DNA of 64,000 nt from a virus, in the IMG/VR virus record IMGVR_UViG_3300046168_000072, positions 1 through 64,000 of that record. One strand, written 5' to 3'. The notes under the pieces were generated by a model that saw nothing but the letters and a program-made list of their open reading frames with translations, did not search any database and had not been told where the DNA came from. Numbering within the stretch: position 1 is the stretch's first letter; the number at the start of each line of letters is the position of its first letter. A program made the position numbers and the translations under genes. Below are positions 43,179 through 52,630 of the stretch, one piece after another.

Positions 43179-43904
43179 TTAATCTTCTTTTTTCTTCTTG
43201 CTTGATTCTTGAGCTTTCTTAAGAGCTTTTGGATCAGGGTAATCTTTGTCGCCTGGTTTTGCTGGCTTGTAATCCTTGCCCATCCTTTTCTTTTTCTTAC
43301 GAATGTTTTCCCAAAGACCAGGTTTAGAGGCGTCAGACTCTTCATGATCATCCTCACACATAGCTTCGCTATTTTCATCTTCTTGTTTTTCTGAACTTTT
43401 TTTGTCTGAATCTTTTTTATCGCCAGATTTCTTTTTCTTTTTCTTTTCTTCAATCTTTTTTTGCAAAGCAGGAGGTAATTTTTTTTGTTCTTTGCTTAGT
43501 TCAGCTTCTGATTCATCAAGCAATTCAATCAATTCATCATCCGATATTTCAGAGCCCTTAGTCACATTAGTCACGCTTTTTTTCGACCACATTTTGCAGG
43601 ACCAATAGCGCGCTTTCCACTTTGGACCAGGATTTTCACAGTTGTGACGAGCTCTAAAACTTTTACGGCGAGCAGGATCATCACGTTTAATCTCCATGTT
43701 TGGATCTCCAAAGTTCACTTTGACCACATTACCTTTTTCGTTTTTGACATAAACAGAAAATTTCTTGGGCCCGCCCGATGTTCTAAAAGGCTTATTTAGT
43801 TTTTTACCTTTGGTTTTTTCAGCAGCCCAAGCTTCATTTGTTATAGTCTCTTCAAAACCTTCTGGTTTTTGTAAATTAATTTGTTTAGAAAAATCGAGTT
43901 CCAT
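43179..43904 (-). CDS. Basic conserved viral protein (modular, possibly DNA-binding or virion)
   Basis: KKFSVYVKN..VNFGDPNMEIKRDDPARRKSFRARHNC..ARYWSC module plus GLWENIRKK..KPGDKDYP module. Confidence 0.7.
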   Translation of the reverse strand: MELDFSKQINLQKPEGFEETITNEAWAAEKTKGKKLNKPFRTSGGPKKFSVYVKNEKGNVVKVNFGDPNMEIKRDDPARRKSFRARHNCENPGPKWKARYWSCKMWSKKSVTNVTKGSEISDDELIELLDESEAELSKEQKKLPPALQKKIEEKKKKKKSGDKKDSDKKSSEKQEDENSEAMCEDDHEESDASKPGLWENIRKKKKRMGKDYKPAKPGDKDYPDPKALKKAQESSKKKKED

Positions 43905-43912
43905 GTTTTTAT

Positions 43913-44302
43913 TTACACTATATTTTTGTATTTTAGAATTAAATTCACAAGTTTTTCATCAATTTTATATGGAAAAGAATCTAATGTATTGAGATCAAAC
44001 CATCCATACTCAGTATGTTCAAAATTTAGATCAGGATAAACAAGTTCATCAAAGCTAGTTCCGTAAAGAGTAAAGTCTTTTATTTGGCCAATTAGTTCTA
44101 ACGGGCTTTCAATAGTTAATTTAGACTCTTCAAACAACTCTCTCTCTGCTGCATCTTGTGGAGTTTCGTTCTCTTCTATACTGCCTGCAAATACAGCCCA
44201 ATAGCCTGGCAAGGAACATAACTCTCCTTTGTAAAATTCAATTCTCTTGGCTAACAGTATATTGTTGCCGTGAAATACCGCTACTCCTGCTGACTTGCTC
44301 AT
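43913..44302 (-). CDS. NUDIX hydrolase
   Basis: GSIEENETPQDAAERELFEES NUDIX box. Confidence 0.9.
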   Translation of the reverse strand: MSKSAGVAVFHGNNILLAKRIEFYKGELCSLPGYWAVFAGSIEENETPQDAAERELFEESKLTIESPLELIGQIKDFTLYGTSFDELVYPDLNFEHTEYGWFDLNTLDSFPYKIDEKLVNLILKYKNIV

Positions 44303-45393
44303 AATGTGAATTCGTCTTCTATTTCTTCATCGTTTGAATATTGATTGTGCCTTGGGCATCCATTATACTTCATCTTCTCTATTGTATATCCCTCTTGCAA
44401 TTTTTCAATTAAAGAATCTTTATCATCTAAATATGCACTACCTTTTGGATTACCATCTTCGTCTTTAAGTAACCAGTACTCAAAACTAAACTTAAAAGCG
44501 CAATGCCATTTTGGGTTGCCATCTTTTTTAAGCTCTCCTGGATATGTAGCGAAACCACATTGCAACCTATCACAAAAACCAGAGCCAGAAGGGGGAAAAC
44601 CTCTATCGTAAGCATAATTCTCTTTAGCATTATCCTCATCAAAGTTATCTATGTAATTTTGCCACTCAGTTAATTCATACTCAAAACCTTCAAGCTCTTC
44701 ATTTGATAAAGGACGCATTTCAAGAACGCCCTCTCCTGATTCACCTAAGAGGTCATTCCCTAAATCAAACTTTAAAAATATAAACTCACATTGGCGCTGA
44801 TTGTATTCTGGAAACATTGTTTTTGTAGCAAGAGAATAAAATAAATCCTGCAAATTATTATCCACTTCGCTTCCTTTAAAAACTTCTTTACTTGTTTTAA
44901 AATCTCGAATTAATGCAACGCCTTGTTTTTTATAAAGAAATAACTTATCAATAAATCCATTAATGTGATAGCGCTTCTCTCCTTCATCAACGATGATATC
45001 AAATTTTTTCTCTGAATATTCTTTAGAAACCTTCCCTATTTTATCGCCAAAATAATCATACTCTAATCCATTTAGGGTCATGCTTTTTATCAAATCCATG
45101 TTTTCTGGATCATCAACGTTCAATTTATTGGCCCAAATCTCAACTAATTTTTTAACAGAAGGCACGGCAAAAATATCTTGAGACTTAATCACTTTATTGT
45201 AATATTTTTTTCGCTTGGGAATGCATAAAAGCTCAAGAACCAAATGACATATTGTTCCTCGAGAAGCGCCGTCGTTAGATAAATCTGGAAGCTTGAGTTT
45301 GTATTTGCACCAATATTTCCACGAGCATTCTTTCGCGGTTTTGATTCTACTGGCGGAAAGCCTTGTCATTTCAGGGTCAGACATTTTCTTCAA
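44299..45393 (-). CDS. PD-(D/E)xK exonuclease, RecB/Cas4-like
   Basis: LSASRI..C, RGTICH, GFIDKL, IRDFKTS, Q..FY; C-terminal Cys cluster. Confidence 0.85.
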   Translation of the reverse strand: MKKMSDPEMTRLSASRIKTAKECSWKYWCKYKLKLPDLSNDGASRGTICHLVLELLCIPKRKKYYNKVIKSQDIFAVPSVKKLVEIWANKLNVDDPENMDLIKSMTLNGLEYDYFGDKIGKVSKEYSEKKFDIIVDEGEKRYHINGFIDKLFLYKKQGVALIRDFKTSKEVFKGSEVDNNLQDLFYSLATKTMFPEYNQRQCEFIFLKFDLGNDLLGESGEGVLEMRPLSNEELEGFEYELTEWQNYIDNFDEDNAKENYAYDRGFPPSGSGFCDRLQCGFATYPGELKKDGNPKWHCAFKFSFEYWLLKDEDGNPKGSAYLDDKDSLIEKLQEGYTIEKMKYNGCPRHNQYSNDEEIEDEFTL

Positions 45394-46450
45394 TTATTTT
45401 AATGTTATTGGCAAGTTCTTTTGAAAGTAAACCCTGTTCTTTCATCTTATTGGCAAAAGATAGAATTTGTGACGCTCGATTTTTAAGCTCGCAATTGCAT
45501 TTATTATTCCATTCGGTAAAATCTTTAGCCTTCATTTCTCCAAAATCAGTTTTAGTAGGTAGGCATATAAAGAGTTTATCGAAGTCAAAATGATTTAGTA
45601 ACTTTAAGTAATTTTTAATTGCTCCTCTTGCGCCTCGATTTTCTTTTTTATCGTAGTCGTTATTGAACGATATTATTATACGGTCTACATCTAAAGAAAT
45701 CAAGTGGCATAACAATTTAGATGATATACTTAAACCAAAAGACACTAATGCATTATGAAAATTATGCTGATGCAAACTTAATAAATCACCAATACTTTCG
45801 GCAATAATAACCGATTTAGAATCTTCAATGGCTTGAGGGACATTTAAAGTATCAGTAATAGGAACATAGTAAGGATAAATCCAATTAGTTTTTCTACCAA
45901 TGTGCTTCCATTTAGGAACATTTTCTCTTTGAGCCATGTCTCTACCTGAAAAACCATGTATTCTGCCATCTAAGTTATAAATGGGGAAAACAAATCTTTG
46001 ATACATCTGACCCTGAGTGGCAAGGCCTCCGCGTAAAGAAGCAAGCGTTTCAGTCTTGATACCTTTTTGATTATAAAATTCATAATGAGGAAATAAATCT
46101 TCCAGCATTGATTCTTCATATACTTTTTCCATATCGAGTCTATCTTCCTGAGTAAAGGTTTTGGGTTGAGGATTATGATAGTCAATTGAAATATACTTAT
46201 CAATAATTGACTTGTCGTTTGAACCAAAGTGAACTTCAAGCAACTTGACAAAAGGTAACGCAGTAGTGCCTTCAACAAAATCGCGCCAAACCCCACTATT
46301 TTTCCAGATTTGAAGAGCAGTTTGATTATCTCCATTTCTATACGCAGCATTAGCATGCCAGTATTTACCCCTGTCAGTTAAATTATAACCGAGCTCCTGT
46401 AAAATTTCCTGAATCCTATCAGGAGATAAATTATAAGTCGAAATCGCCAT
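45377..46450 (-). CDS. DnaG-like DNA primase (Toprim)
   Basis: RFVFPI..GFSGR, KWKH, AESIGD and SFNND. Confidence 0.85.
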   Translation of the reverse strand: MAISTYNLSPDRIQEILQELGYNLTDRGKYWHANAAYRNGDNQTALQIWKNSGVWRDFVEGTTALPFVKLLEVHFGSNDKSIIDKYISIDYHNPQPKTFTQEDRLDMEKVYEESMLEDLFPHYEFYNQKGIKTETLASLRGGLATQGQMYQRFVFPIYNLDGRIHGFSGRDMAQRENVPKWKHIGRKTNWIYPYYVPITDTLNVPQAIEDSKSVIIAESIGDLLSLHQHNFHNALVSFGLSISSKLLCHLISLDVDRIIISFNNDYDKKENRGARGAIKNYLKLLNHFDFDKLFICLPTKTDFGEMKAKDFTEWNNKCNCELKNRASQILSFANKMKEQGLLSKELANNIKIIEENV

Positions 46451-48011
46451 CTTGATCAGGGGTTAAACCATTCACTCTCATTTGTTCAGCCATGTCACGT
46501 AGATCTCCAATTTCTTCTACTCCAAAGTTATCCATTCTTAAAAAAATACAGTTCTGCTCTGGCCTATCATTGCCAACAGCCTGACCATCGTCACCAATCG
46601 CAGGTATAAGTACTGGCTCTGAAGCTCGCAGCCTATCCTCTCCAAGATGCCGATTTTTGATACATTTTAAGCGATGAGTTGCGCGAGCATAGGCGTCAGG
46701 TTCAATCTGTAATTCCCGTGGAAGTCGCGGTCTTAAAATAAACAAATGAGATGCAAATTGAGTAATCTGATCAGATAAAGACACAATACTTTCATCATCG
46801 ACAATTGCATCTGGATGACGATTTGCAGTGATACCCGAACGATTACTTTGAACGCTCGTAATCATGCTTATTACTGGTCTACCATTATGGGTAATTTCTT
46901 TATGAATCATATTCTTGCATTTGTCAACAAAATCAGCTACAAATTGCCATGAAGCTTTGTTTTGATCATTTTGATTGGTGGCTTTAATGTAGTCATAACT
47001 AAACAACATATTATTACCTCGGCCAATTTGAGAATAGTAATATCTTTTTGCTATCTGCAGCATCTCATCACAACTCAAGCCTCCAACATTGTAATAATCA
47101 AAGCGCATACCTTTAGCGTACTCAAAAGCTTTATAAACTTTTTCACGAGTCTGCTCTTCAGAAACCTCTTGTCTAGTAATTGGATCAATGTAACTAGAAC
47201 TCCTCCATTTTCCACTCTCAATCAAATACATTGGCACTCCAGAAATTGCGGAACATTGGCGCATTTGAAGTTCAAGCTTACTCATTTCTCCATTATCAAA
47301 ATGCAAAACAGGCAAGCCATGCTCTTTAGACATTTTAGTTACAAAGTCTATACAAAATGTTGTTTTACCAACACCTGTCCTTGCGCAAATAACAGTTATA
47401 TTTCCTGGTCTTGCTAAAGATCCATACATACTGTTTGTACGAGGCATATGAGGAGCAAGAAAGCCTGGGTCTCTTGGGTTATCAGCTAAATCTTCAATGA
47501 CATCTGATAGATCATCGTAAATATTCTCAGGCTTGACATCTTCTTTACACAGCAGATTAATTTTATCGTTATACAACTTATCATACTTTCGAACAACTTC
47601 TGTTAAGTTAGGATTTCCATCATTTTTAATCTCAGAAGATATCTCTTCGCAGATTTCCCTAATACCCCTCTTTGCGGAAAGGTTTTTTAATTCTTTGGAT
47701 ATTTCAACAACAGCTTTAGCGGAAACCTTCTTTAACAAAAGAGAGCGAACATAATCTCCCACATCAATATTATCGACGAATGATATGTTTGCGGCTTTTA
47801 GCCGTTCAATAATAACAACATCATCTAAAGCTTCTGCTTTTCCATTAGACAGTATATTTTTAATGACTCTGAATATAGTTCTATGCACAAAACTACCATT
47901 CTGAACAAAAAAATCATTCTCATCAATTAACCCCGCAATATCACCATATGAATTTGGATACTGCATTAAACACGATAATAGCTGTTTTTCCAGCTCTTTT
48001 GAATTTAACAT
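46431..48011 (-). CDS. dnaB: DnaB-like replicative helicase
   Basis: ARTGVGKT, NGEM, YDYIK, VQSNR and KNR; ATG 48011 follows TTGACT-N17-TAACAT. Confidence 0.9.
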   Translation of the reverse strand: MLNSKELEKQLLSCLMQYPNSYGDIAGLIDENDFFVQNGSFVHRTIFRVIKNILSNGKAEALDDVVIIERLKAANISFVDNIDVGDYVRSLLLKKVSAKAVVEISKELKNLSAKRGIREICEEISSEIKNDGNPNLTEVVRKYDKLYNDKINLLCKEDVKPENIYDDLSDVIEDLADNPRDPGFLAPHMPRTNSMYGSLARPGNITVICARTGVGKTTFCIDFVTKMSKEHGLPVLHFDNGEMSKLELQMRQCSAISGVPMYLIESGKWRSSSYIDPITRQEVSEEQTREKVYKAFEYAKGMRFDYYNVGGLSCDEMLQIAKRYYYSQIGRGNNMLFSYDYIKATNQNDQNKASWQFVADFVDKCKNMIHKEITHNGRPVISMITSVQSNRSGITANRHPDAIVDDESIVSLSDQITQFASHLFILRPRLPRELQIEPDAYARATHRLKCIKNRHLGEDRLRASEPVLIPAIGDDGQAVGNDRPEQNCIFLRMDNFGVEEIGDLRDMAEQMRVNGLTPDQDGDFDL

Positions 48012-48335
48012 ACCGAATGTTAACAAATTAAACTGTAAAAGTCAAGAAAATACTACAAAGATTCGTCGCCTCTATTATATAACTCTGATTCTTCTATCTG
48101 AATGATATATTTTTCGAGAGCTTTTCTGAGTCCCATATCTATGATTTCATTATCAGTTTTTGTATAGACCATAGGAGAGCCATCTTGATTAACGAAAGCT
48201 AAAATGAAACCCCGATTGCCATCAGTAGATCCAGAAAAATCAAACAATTGTTTCAAGAAGGATTCTGGCAAAACAAAATTAGGTAGATCATCATGATTAA
48301 AATCATTTTCGTCCATATCAATATATTACACGCAA

Positions 48336-48761
48336 TTATAGGTAAACACCTAAATTAGCAAATGTCTTTTTATTTAGTTCATGTTTAATAGACCCAGTTT
48401 TATTCGCATATATCTCAACCAAAATTATATCATTTAGTTCACAAAAGTCCCTTTTTTGTTGGTCCCTTCTGATATGACTTATGAATCCTGCTCTTCGTTT
48501 ATGAAAGAAAGGAGTGTATTGATCATGCTGTTTGCCATGAATTTCGACAGCGACTTTTTTATTCGCGTTATAAAAATCAAAATTTAAGCGAGAACCAGCA
48601 ACAGGAAACTCTTCAAATACAATGTGATTAGACCAATACTTTTGCAAGAATTGCTTGGCTTCAAATTGAATATTACTTTTGCTTTTTGCCGCCCAATCAA
48701 TAAGATATTTTTTCGCACGAGTCACTCTTTTTTCAGAACCCGTTAAAGTTTTAAAAATCAT
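48336..48761 (-). CDS. Vsr/DUF559-like endonuclease
   Basis: FDFY..VAVEIHGKQH..RDQQKRDFCELNDI. Confidence 0.8.
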   Translation of the reverse strand: MIFKTLTGSEKRVTRAKKYLIDWAAKSKSNIQFEAKQFLQKYWSNHIVFEEFPVAGSRLNFDFYNANKKVAVEIHGKQHDQYTPFFHKRRAGFISHIRRDQQKRDFCELNDIILVEIYANKTGSIKHELNKKTFANLGVYL

Positions 48762-48764
48762 CGA

Positions 48765-49868
48765 TTATTGACAAACAACATTTTTAAAATAAGCCCCCAA
48801 AAACTTACTTAACTTTTCATTCTCTTCAAGTAAGGCGCTTAGTTTAGCTTCTCCTTGTATTTTCTCTGGAAACTCCAGTTCATTTTCTTTAAGCAGCTCA
48901 ATAAAAGATTCGTCAGCCGTGATCCAAGCACCTCGTTTATGGATGTATTCCCAGCCATATAGCATATCAATAATCTCTTTCTCAATCCATATAGAATTTC
49001 CTTCATTTCTACCGTACCGAATAGGATACTGAAGCATATAATTAGTTTTTTCATTGGGAGATTTTTTGACTGTAATTTTGGCATGATGTCCCAAAATCTT
49101 ATTTTTATCTTTGTCAACAGGTTGAGTAGGATTCTCAAGAATCAGGTCTTTTTTATGGCGCGCTTCAAACTCAAGAATATAATTTGCAAAATGCAGAAGT
49201 GCATTGCCTCCTGTTGCGCTTGTTTGACGAATCGGAGCTTTTGTATAAGGATCTAATTTAATATCCGCTCTTACTTGAGATATAAAAATTGCCATGTGAC
49301 CACGTTTGGCTAATGCGATACTCATCTTTTGCATAAATTTTGCTCCAAGCAATGCGCCTCCCGCTACTTTATGAGCGTCTTGAAAATCTTTTTTGAGATC
49401 TTCCTTCATGATTAATCCATCAAGAGAGTCAAGGATAAAGCAATATTTTGTTTTATTTTCATTGTCCCCTACAAGAGCGCGCATTAGATCAAGAACTGTT
49501 TCATAGATATTACTTTCAAAAACAAAGCAATTTCCATCATTCCATTTTTCTTCTTCAGTCGTAAAAGAAACGCCGCTTCTTTCTCTCATTTCTTTGGATA
49601 ATCTGCCTTCGGCTTTAATATAAAGACCTCTAGAATTTTTCATTGAAAGAAAGTTCTTCATAACCTCTAAAGCTTCTGAAGTTTTACCTCCTTCATTCAT
49701 GCCGACAAAGCGGTGGAGGCCTGGGCCAAACCCACCTCCTAATTCAAAATCAACATTCAAGCTTCCACTGGAAACTTTATAGTCAATTTCTTCTTCGTAA
49801 TTATAATGATGATCCTTATTCTCTTTAAGGAACGACTTTAACATATCATTTGCTGTACTCATAATCAA
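48765..49868 (-). CDS. recA: RecA/UvsX-like recombinase
   Basis: VSSGSLNVD..LGGG, GMNEGGKTS, ILDSLD, FISQVR and TGGNAL. Confidence 0.9.
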   Translation of the reverse strand: MIMSTANDMLKSFLKENKDHHYNYEEEIDYKVSSGSLNVDFELGGGFGPGLHRFVGMNEGGKTSEALEVMKNFLSMKNSRGLYIKAEGRLSKEMRERSGVSFTTEEEKWNDGNCFVFESNIYETVLDLMRALVGDNENKTKYCFILDSLDGLIMKEDLKKDFQDAHKVAGGALLGAKFMQKMSIALAKRGHMAIFISQVRADIKLDPYTKAPIRQTSATGGNALLHFANYILEFEARHKKDLILENPTQPVDKDKNKILGHHAKITVKKSPNEKTNYMLQYPIRYGRNEGNSIWIEKEIIDMLYGWEYIHKRGAWITADESFIELLKENELEFPEKIQGEAKLSALLEENEKLSKFLGAYFKNVVCQ

Positions 49869-50413
49869 TAAAAGTCCCAGATATTCTTTTTCTTTTTGTC
49901 TCTGGGTTGTTTGTTTTCGGGTTTATAACTATATTCGAACTTAGTATACTCATCTTCTCTGGTAAAGTCAAGGTATTTTTGATCAATATACTTTTCATTC
50001 TTACCTATATAAAAAAGAATATCATCTTTCGGCTCTCCAAAATCAACAGTTAGCCAGAAATCTAAATTGGGGTATTTTGTAAAAATATTTTTCAGAACTT
50101 TCATTTGTTTTGAATAGCAATGCTTATCCTTTAGACACTTTGCGCTAACTAATCTTTTTAAAATTTTTCTTGAATTATCTGTAAATACAAAAGCATTAAT
50201 AAAGTTATCTATCACTTCTTGAGATAAAGGCTGTTGATCTTCTGTTTTGCTATAGCCTGATTGCCAAGTGCTTTTTTTTAATTTCGTATACCAATTATAC
50301 ACTGTACTTTGTGAATAGCCAAGCTTTAAGCAGCAATCTTTTAATGAAAAAGAGGGGTTTTGTTTCGCAAGATCAGCAATTTCATTTAATAAATTGTTAG
50401 AAATTTTCGGCAT
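49865..50413 (-). CDS. Hypothetical protein with N-terminal HTH
   Basis: SLKDCCLKLGYSQSTVYNW; TTGACT-N17-TAAAAT-N7-ATG(50413). Confidence 0.6.
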   Translation of the reverse strand: MPKISNNLLNEIADLAKQNPSFSLKDCCLKLGYSQSTVYNWYTKLKKSTWQSGYSKTEDQQPLSQEVIDNFINAFVFTDNSRKILKRLVSAKCLKDKHCYSKQMKVLKNIFTKYPNLDFWLTVDFGEPKDDILFYIGKNEKYIDQKYLDFTREDEYTKFEYSYKPENKQPRDKKKKNIWDFY

Positions 50414-50472
50414 TGTTTTAATTTTAACATTTATAATGAAAAAAGTCAAGCATTTTGTGTATTATAATAGAC

Positions 50473-51279
50473 ATGAATAAACGAAAAATTCTTATAATGG
50501 GACTTCCAGGCTCTGGCAAAACAACTCTTGCAGAAATCTTGGTTCGTAAATTAAACGCTGCATGGTTTAACGCAGACGCTGTTAGGCAAGATATTTATTC
50601 TGAATTAGGATTTTCTCCTCAAGATAGATTAGAGCATGCAAAACGTATGGGCAAGCTTTGCGACTGGGCAAAACTTGGTGGAGGATATGCAATTGCAGAT
50701 TTCGTATGCCCAACTCAAGAGACGCGCCAAGCATTTGATGCAGATTTTGTCATTTGGGTTGATAGAATTTTAGAAGGTAGATATGAAGATACTAATAAAA
50801 TGTTTGAAAAACCATTAAACTATGATGTTAGACTAATCGAAGGAACTGCTGATGAATGGGCAGATAAAGTGTTAGAAAAACTTAATGAAAGTGAAGCATG
50901 GGATAATCAAGCACCAACCGCATTGCTTATCGGAAGATATCAGCCTTTTCATATTGGTCATAAAACATTAGTTGCTGAAGCAGTTAAAAGAACTGGACAA
51001 TGTTGCATTGCTCTAAGGGACGTTGGCGGCATTGACGAGAAAAATCCATATGACTTTGATAAAGTGAAAGCAGAGATTCATTCTGCATGCATTGAATTTG
51101 GTAATAAAATTAAAGTTGTCGAACTCCCAAATATCATGGATGTATTTTATGGTAGAGGTGTTGGGTACAATATTGAACAACTCGAGTTAAGCAAAGAATT
51201 ACAAGAAGTTTCCGCAACCAAAATTAGAGCTGGCGAAATCGGCCAAGACGGAAAACCTTTAGGAAAAAGACCAGAATAA
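50473..51279 (+). CDS. APS-kinase-like domain fused to a HIGH nucleotidyltransferase
   Basis: GLPGSGKTT, NADAVR, FSPQDR and DFVCP; C-terminal GRYQPFHIGH and VSATKIR. Confidence 0.85.
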   Translation: MNKRKILIMGLPGSGKTTLAEILVRKLNAAWFNADAVRQDIYSELGFSPQDRLEHAKRMGKLCDWAKLGGGYAIADFVCPTQETRQAFDADFVIWVDRILEGRYEDTNKMFEKPLNYDVRLIEGTADEWADKVLEKLNESEAWDNQAPTALLIGRYQPFHIGHKTLVAEAVKRTGQCCIALRDVGGIDEKNPYDFDKVKAEIHSACIEFGNKIKVVELPNIMDVFYGRGVGYNIEQLELSKELQEVSATKIRAGEIGQDGKPLGKRPE

Positions 51280-51310
51280 TTGCCGTTAGCTTACGCTAAC
51301 TCTCCAAAGG

Positions 51311-51340
51311 AAAAGCTCCCTAGCAATAGGGAGCTTATTT
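51311..51340. terminator. Bidirectional intrinsic terminator between convergent genes
   Basis: AAAAGCTCCCTA-GCAA-TAGGGAGCTTATTT. Confidence 0.8.
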
Positions 51341-51342
51341 GT

Positions 51343-52623
51343 TTAACTCAAAATATCTAAAATTGGCTGACCTTTATGAGCGATTTGAAATGGCCTACCA
51401 GATGGAGAATAATGAACATCATTCAGTGACAAACCAAGAGCATATGCGATAGTAGCATTCAAATCTTCTGGCTTAACTGGATTATGCTCGACTTCCATAC
51501 CCTTATCATCGCTTTGGCCGTATATCGTACCGCCCTTAATAGCTCCACCCGCAAAGAAAGCTGAAAATGCTTTTGGCCAATGATCTCTACCATCTCTTGG
51601 GTTAATTTTTGGGGTACGGCCAAACTCAGAAGTAAGAACAACTAAGGTTTCATTAAGCAGACCACGAATTTCTAAATCAAAAAGTAATGCGCCTAATGCC
51701 TTATCAACATCTGCGCAATTAGCAGCGACACGATCAAAGTTATTGTCATGAGTGTCCCAGCCACCACGGGTGACTTCAACATAGCGTACTTTATTCTCAA
51801 TTAGTCTTCTAGCAAGCAAACATCCTTGGCCAAAATTACTTTCACCGTATAATTCCGTCATCGCTTCTGGCTCATCTGAAATATCAAACGCTTTCAAGTC
51901 TTCGCTTTGCATTAATTTAACAGCATCTTTGTACAGATCAGTATATGCGCGAATTTGTTTTTGGTTATACTCTTCACTGAATACAGCATTAAGTTGTTCA
52001 GCAGTTTTTATTCGATTGTTAAACTGTGCGCTATCTAAATAGTCAGCCATTGAACTATTGGCTAATCCCGCTTTAGCATTTCTTAAAGGTAAAGCTCCGT
52101 ACCGCGATTCTAAAAATCCTGCTCCTCCTCCGCCTCCACCAATTTTTACATTGGCAGGAATAGTTCTGTTAATTGAGCCAGAAAGCTTTGAAACCCAACT
52201 ACCAAAAGTTGGATGCACAATTGTGCCGCGCTTCTGATAGCTAGTATGCATCAAATAACTAGCTTGTTCATGAGCGCCTTGATTGCTTGTTACCGAACGA
52301 ACAATCGCTGCATTATGCATATGCTTTGCGACTGTAGGTAAATTCTCAGAAAGAAATATATCATCAGCACTTGTTTGAATAGCCTCCACTGGCCCTTGAA
52401 CATCAGGGCTCTGCGGCTTTGGATCAAAAGTATCTAGGTGAGACATTGCCCCTGCCATATTCAAGTAAATAACATAACGAGCTCTTGCGGGGCGAGTGCC
52501 TGGCGTCAAAGCGTATGCATTATCATGAATATATGATCCAACTAATGGCATTAATCCTACCCCCAAATAAGATTTGGCGGCTCTAGCAATAAATTCTCTT
52601 CTGTTTAATTCGTTTGTTTTCAT
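51343..52623 (-). CDS. DUF1501 family protein with Tat signal
   Basis: NRREFI twin-arginine; MAGAMSHLDTFDPKP, CLLARRLIE, GWDTH, SEFGRTP and RDHW. Confidence 0.93.
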   Translation of the reverse strand: MKTNELNRREFIARAAKSYLGVGLMPLVGSYIHDNAYALTPGTRPARARYVIYLNMAGAMSHLDTFDPKPQSPDVQGPVEAIQTSADDIFLSENLPTVAKHMHNAAIVRSVTSNQGAHEQASYLMHTSYQKRGTIVHPTFGSWVSKLSGSINRTIPANVKIGGGGGGAGFLESRYGALPLRNAKAGLANSSMADYLDSAQFNNRIKTAEQLNAVFSEEYNQKQIRAYTDLYKDAVKLMQSEDLKAFDISDEPEAMTELYGESNFGQGCLLARRLIENKVRYVEVTRGGWDTHDNNFDRVAANCADVDKALGALLFDLEIRGLLNETLVVLTSEFGRTPKINPRDGRDHWPKAFSAFFAGGAIKGGTIYGQSDDKGMEVEHNPVKPEDLNATIAYALGLSLNDVHYSPSGRPFQIAHKGQPILDILS

Positions 52624-52630
52624 AATAAAG

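Noticed and set aside
44299-45393. Cas4 as part of a CRISPR-Cas system
   Set aside because: It is a stand-alone RecB/Cas4-like exonuclease in a replication module, with no array or other cas genes.
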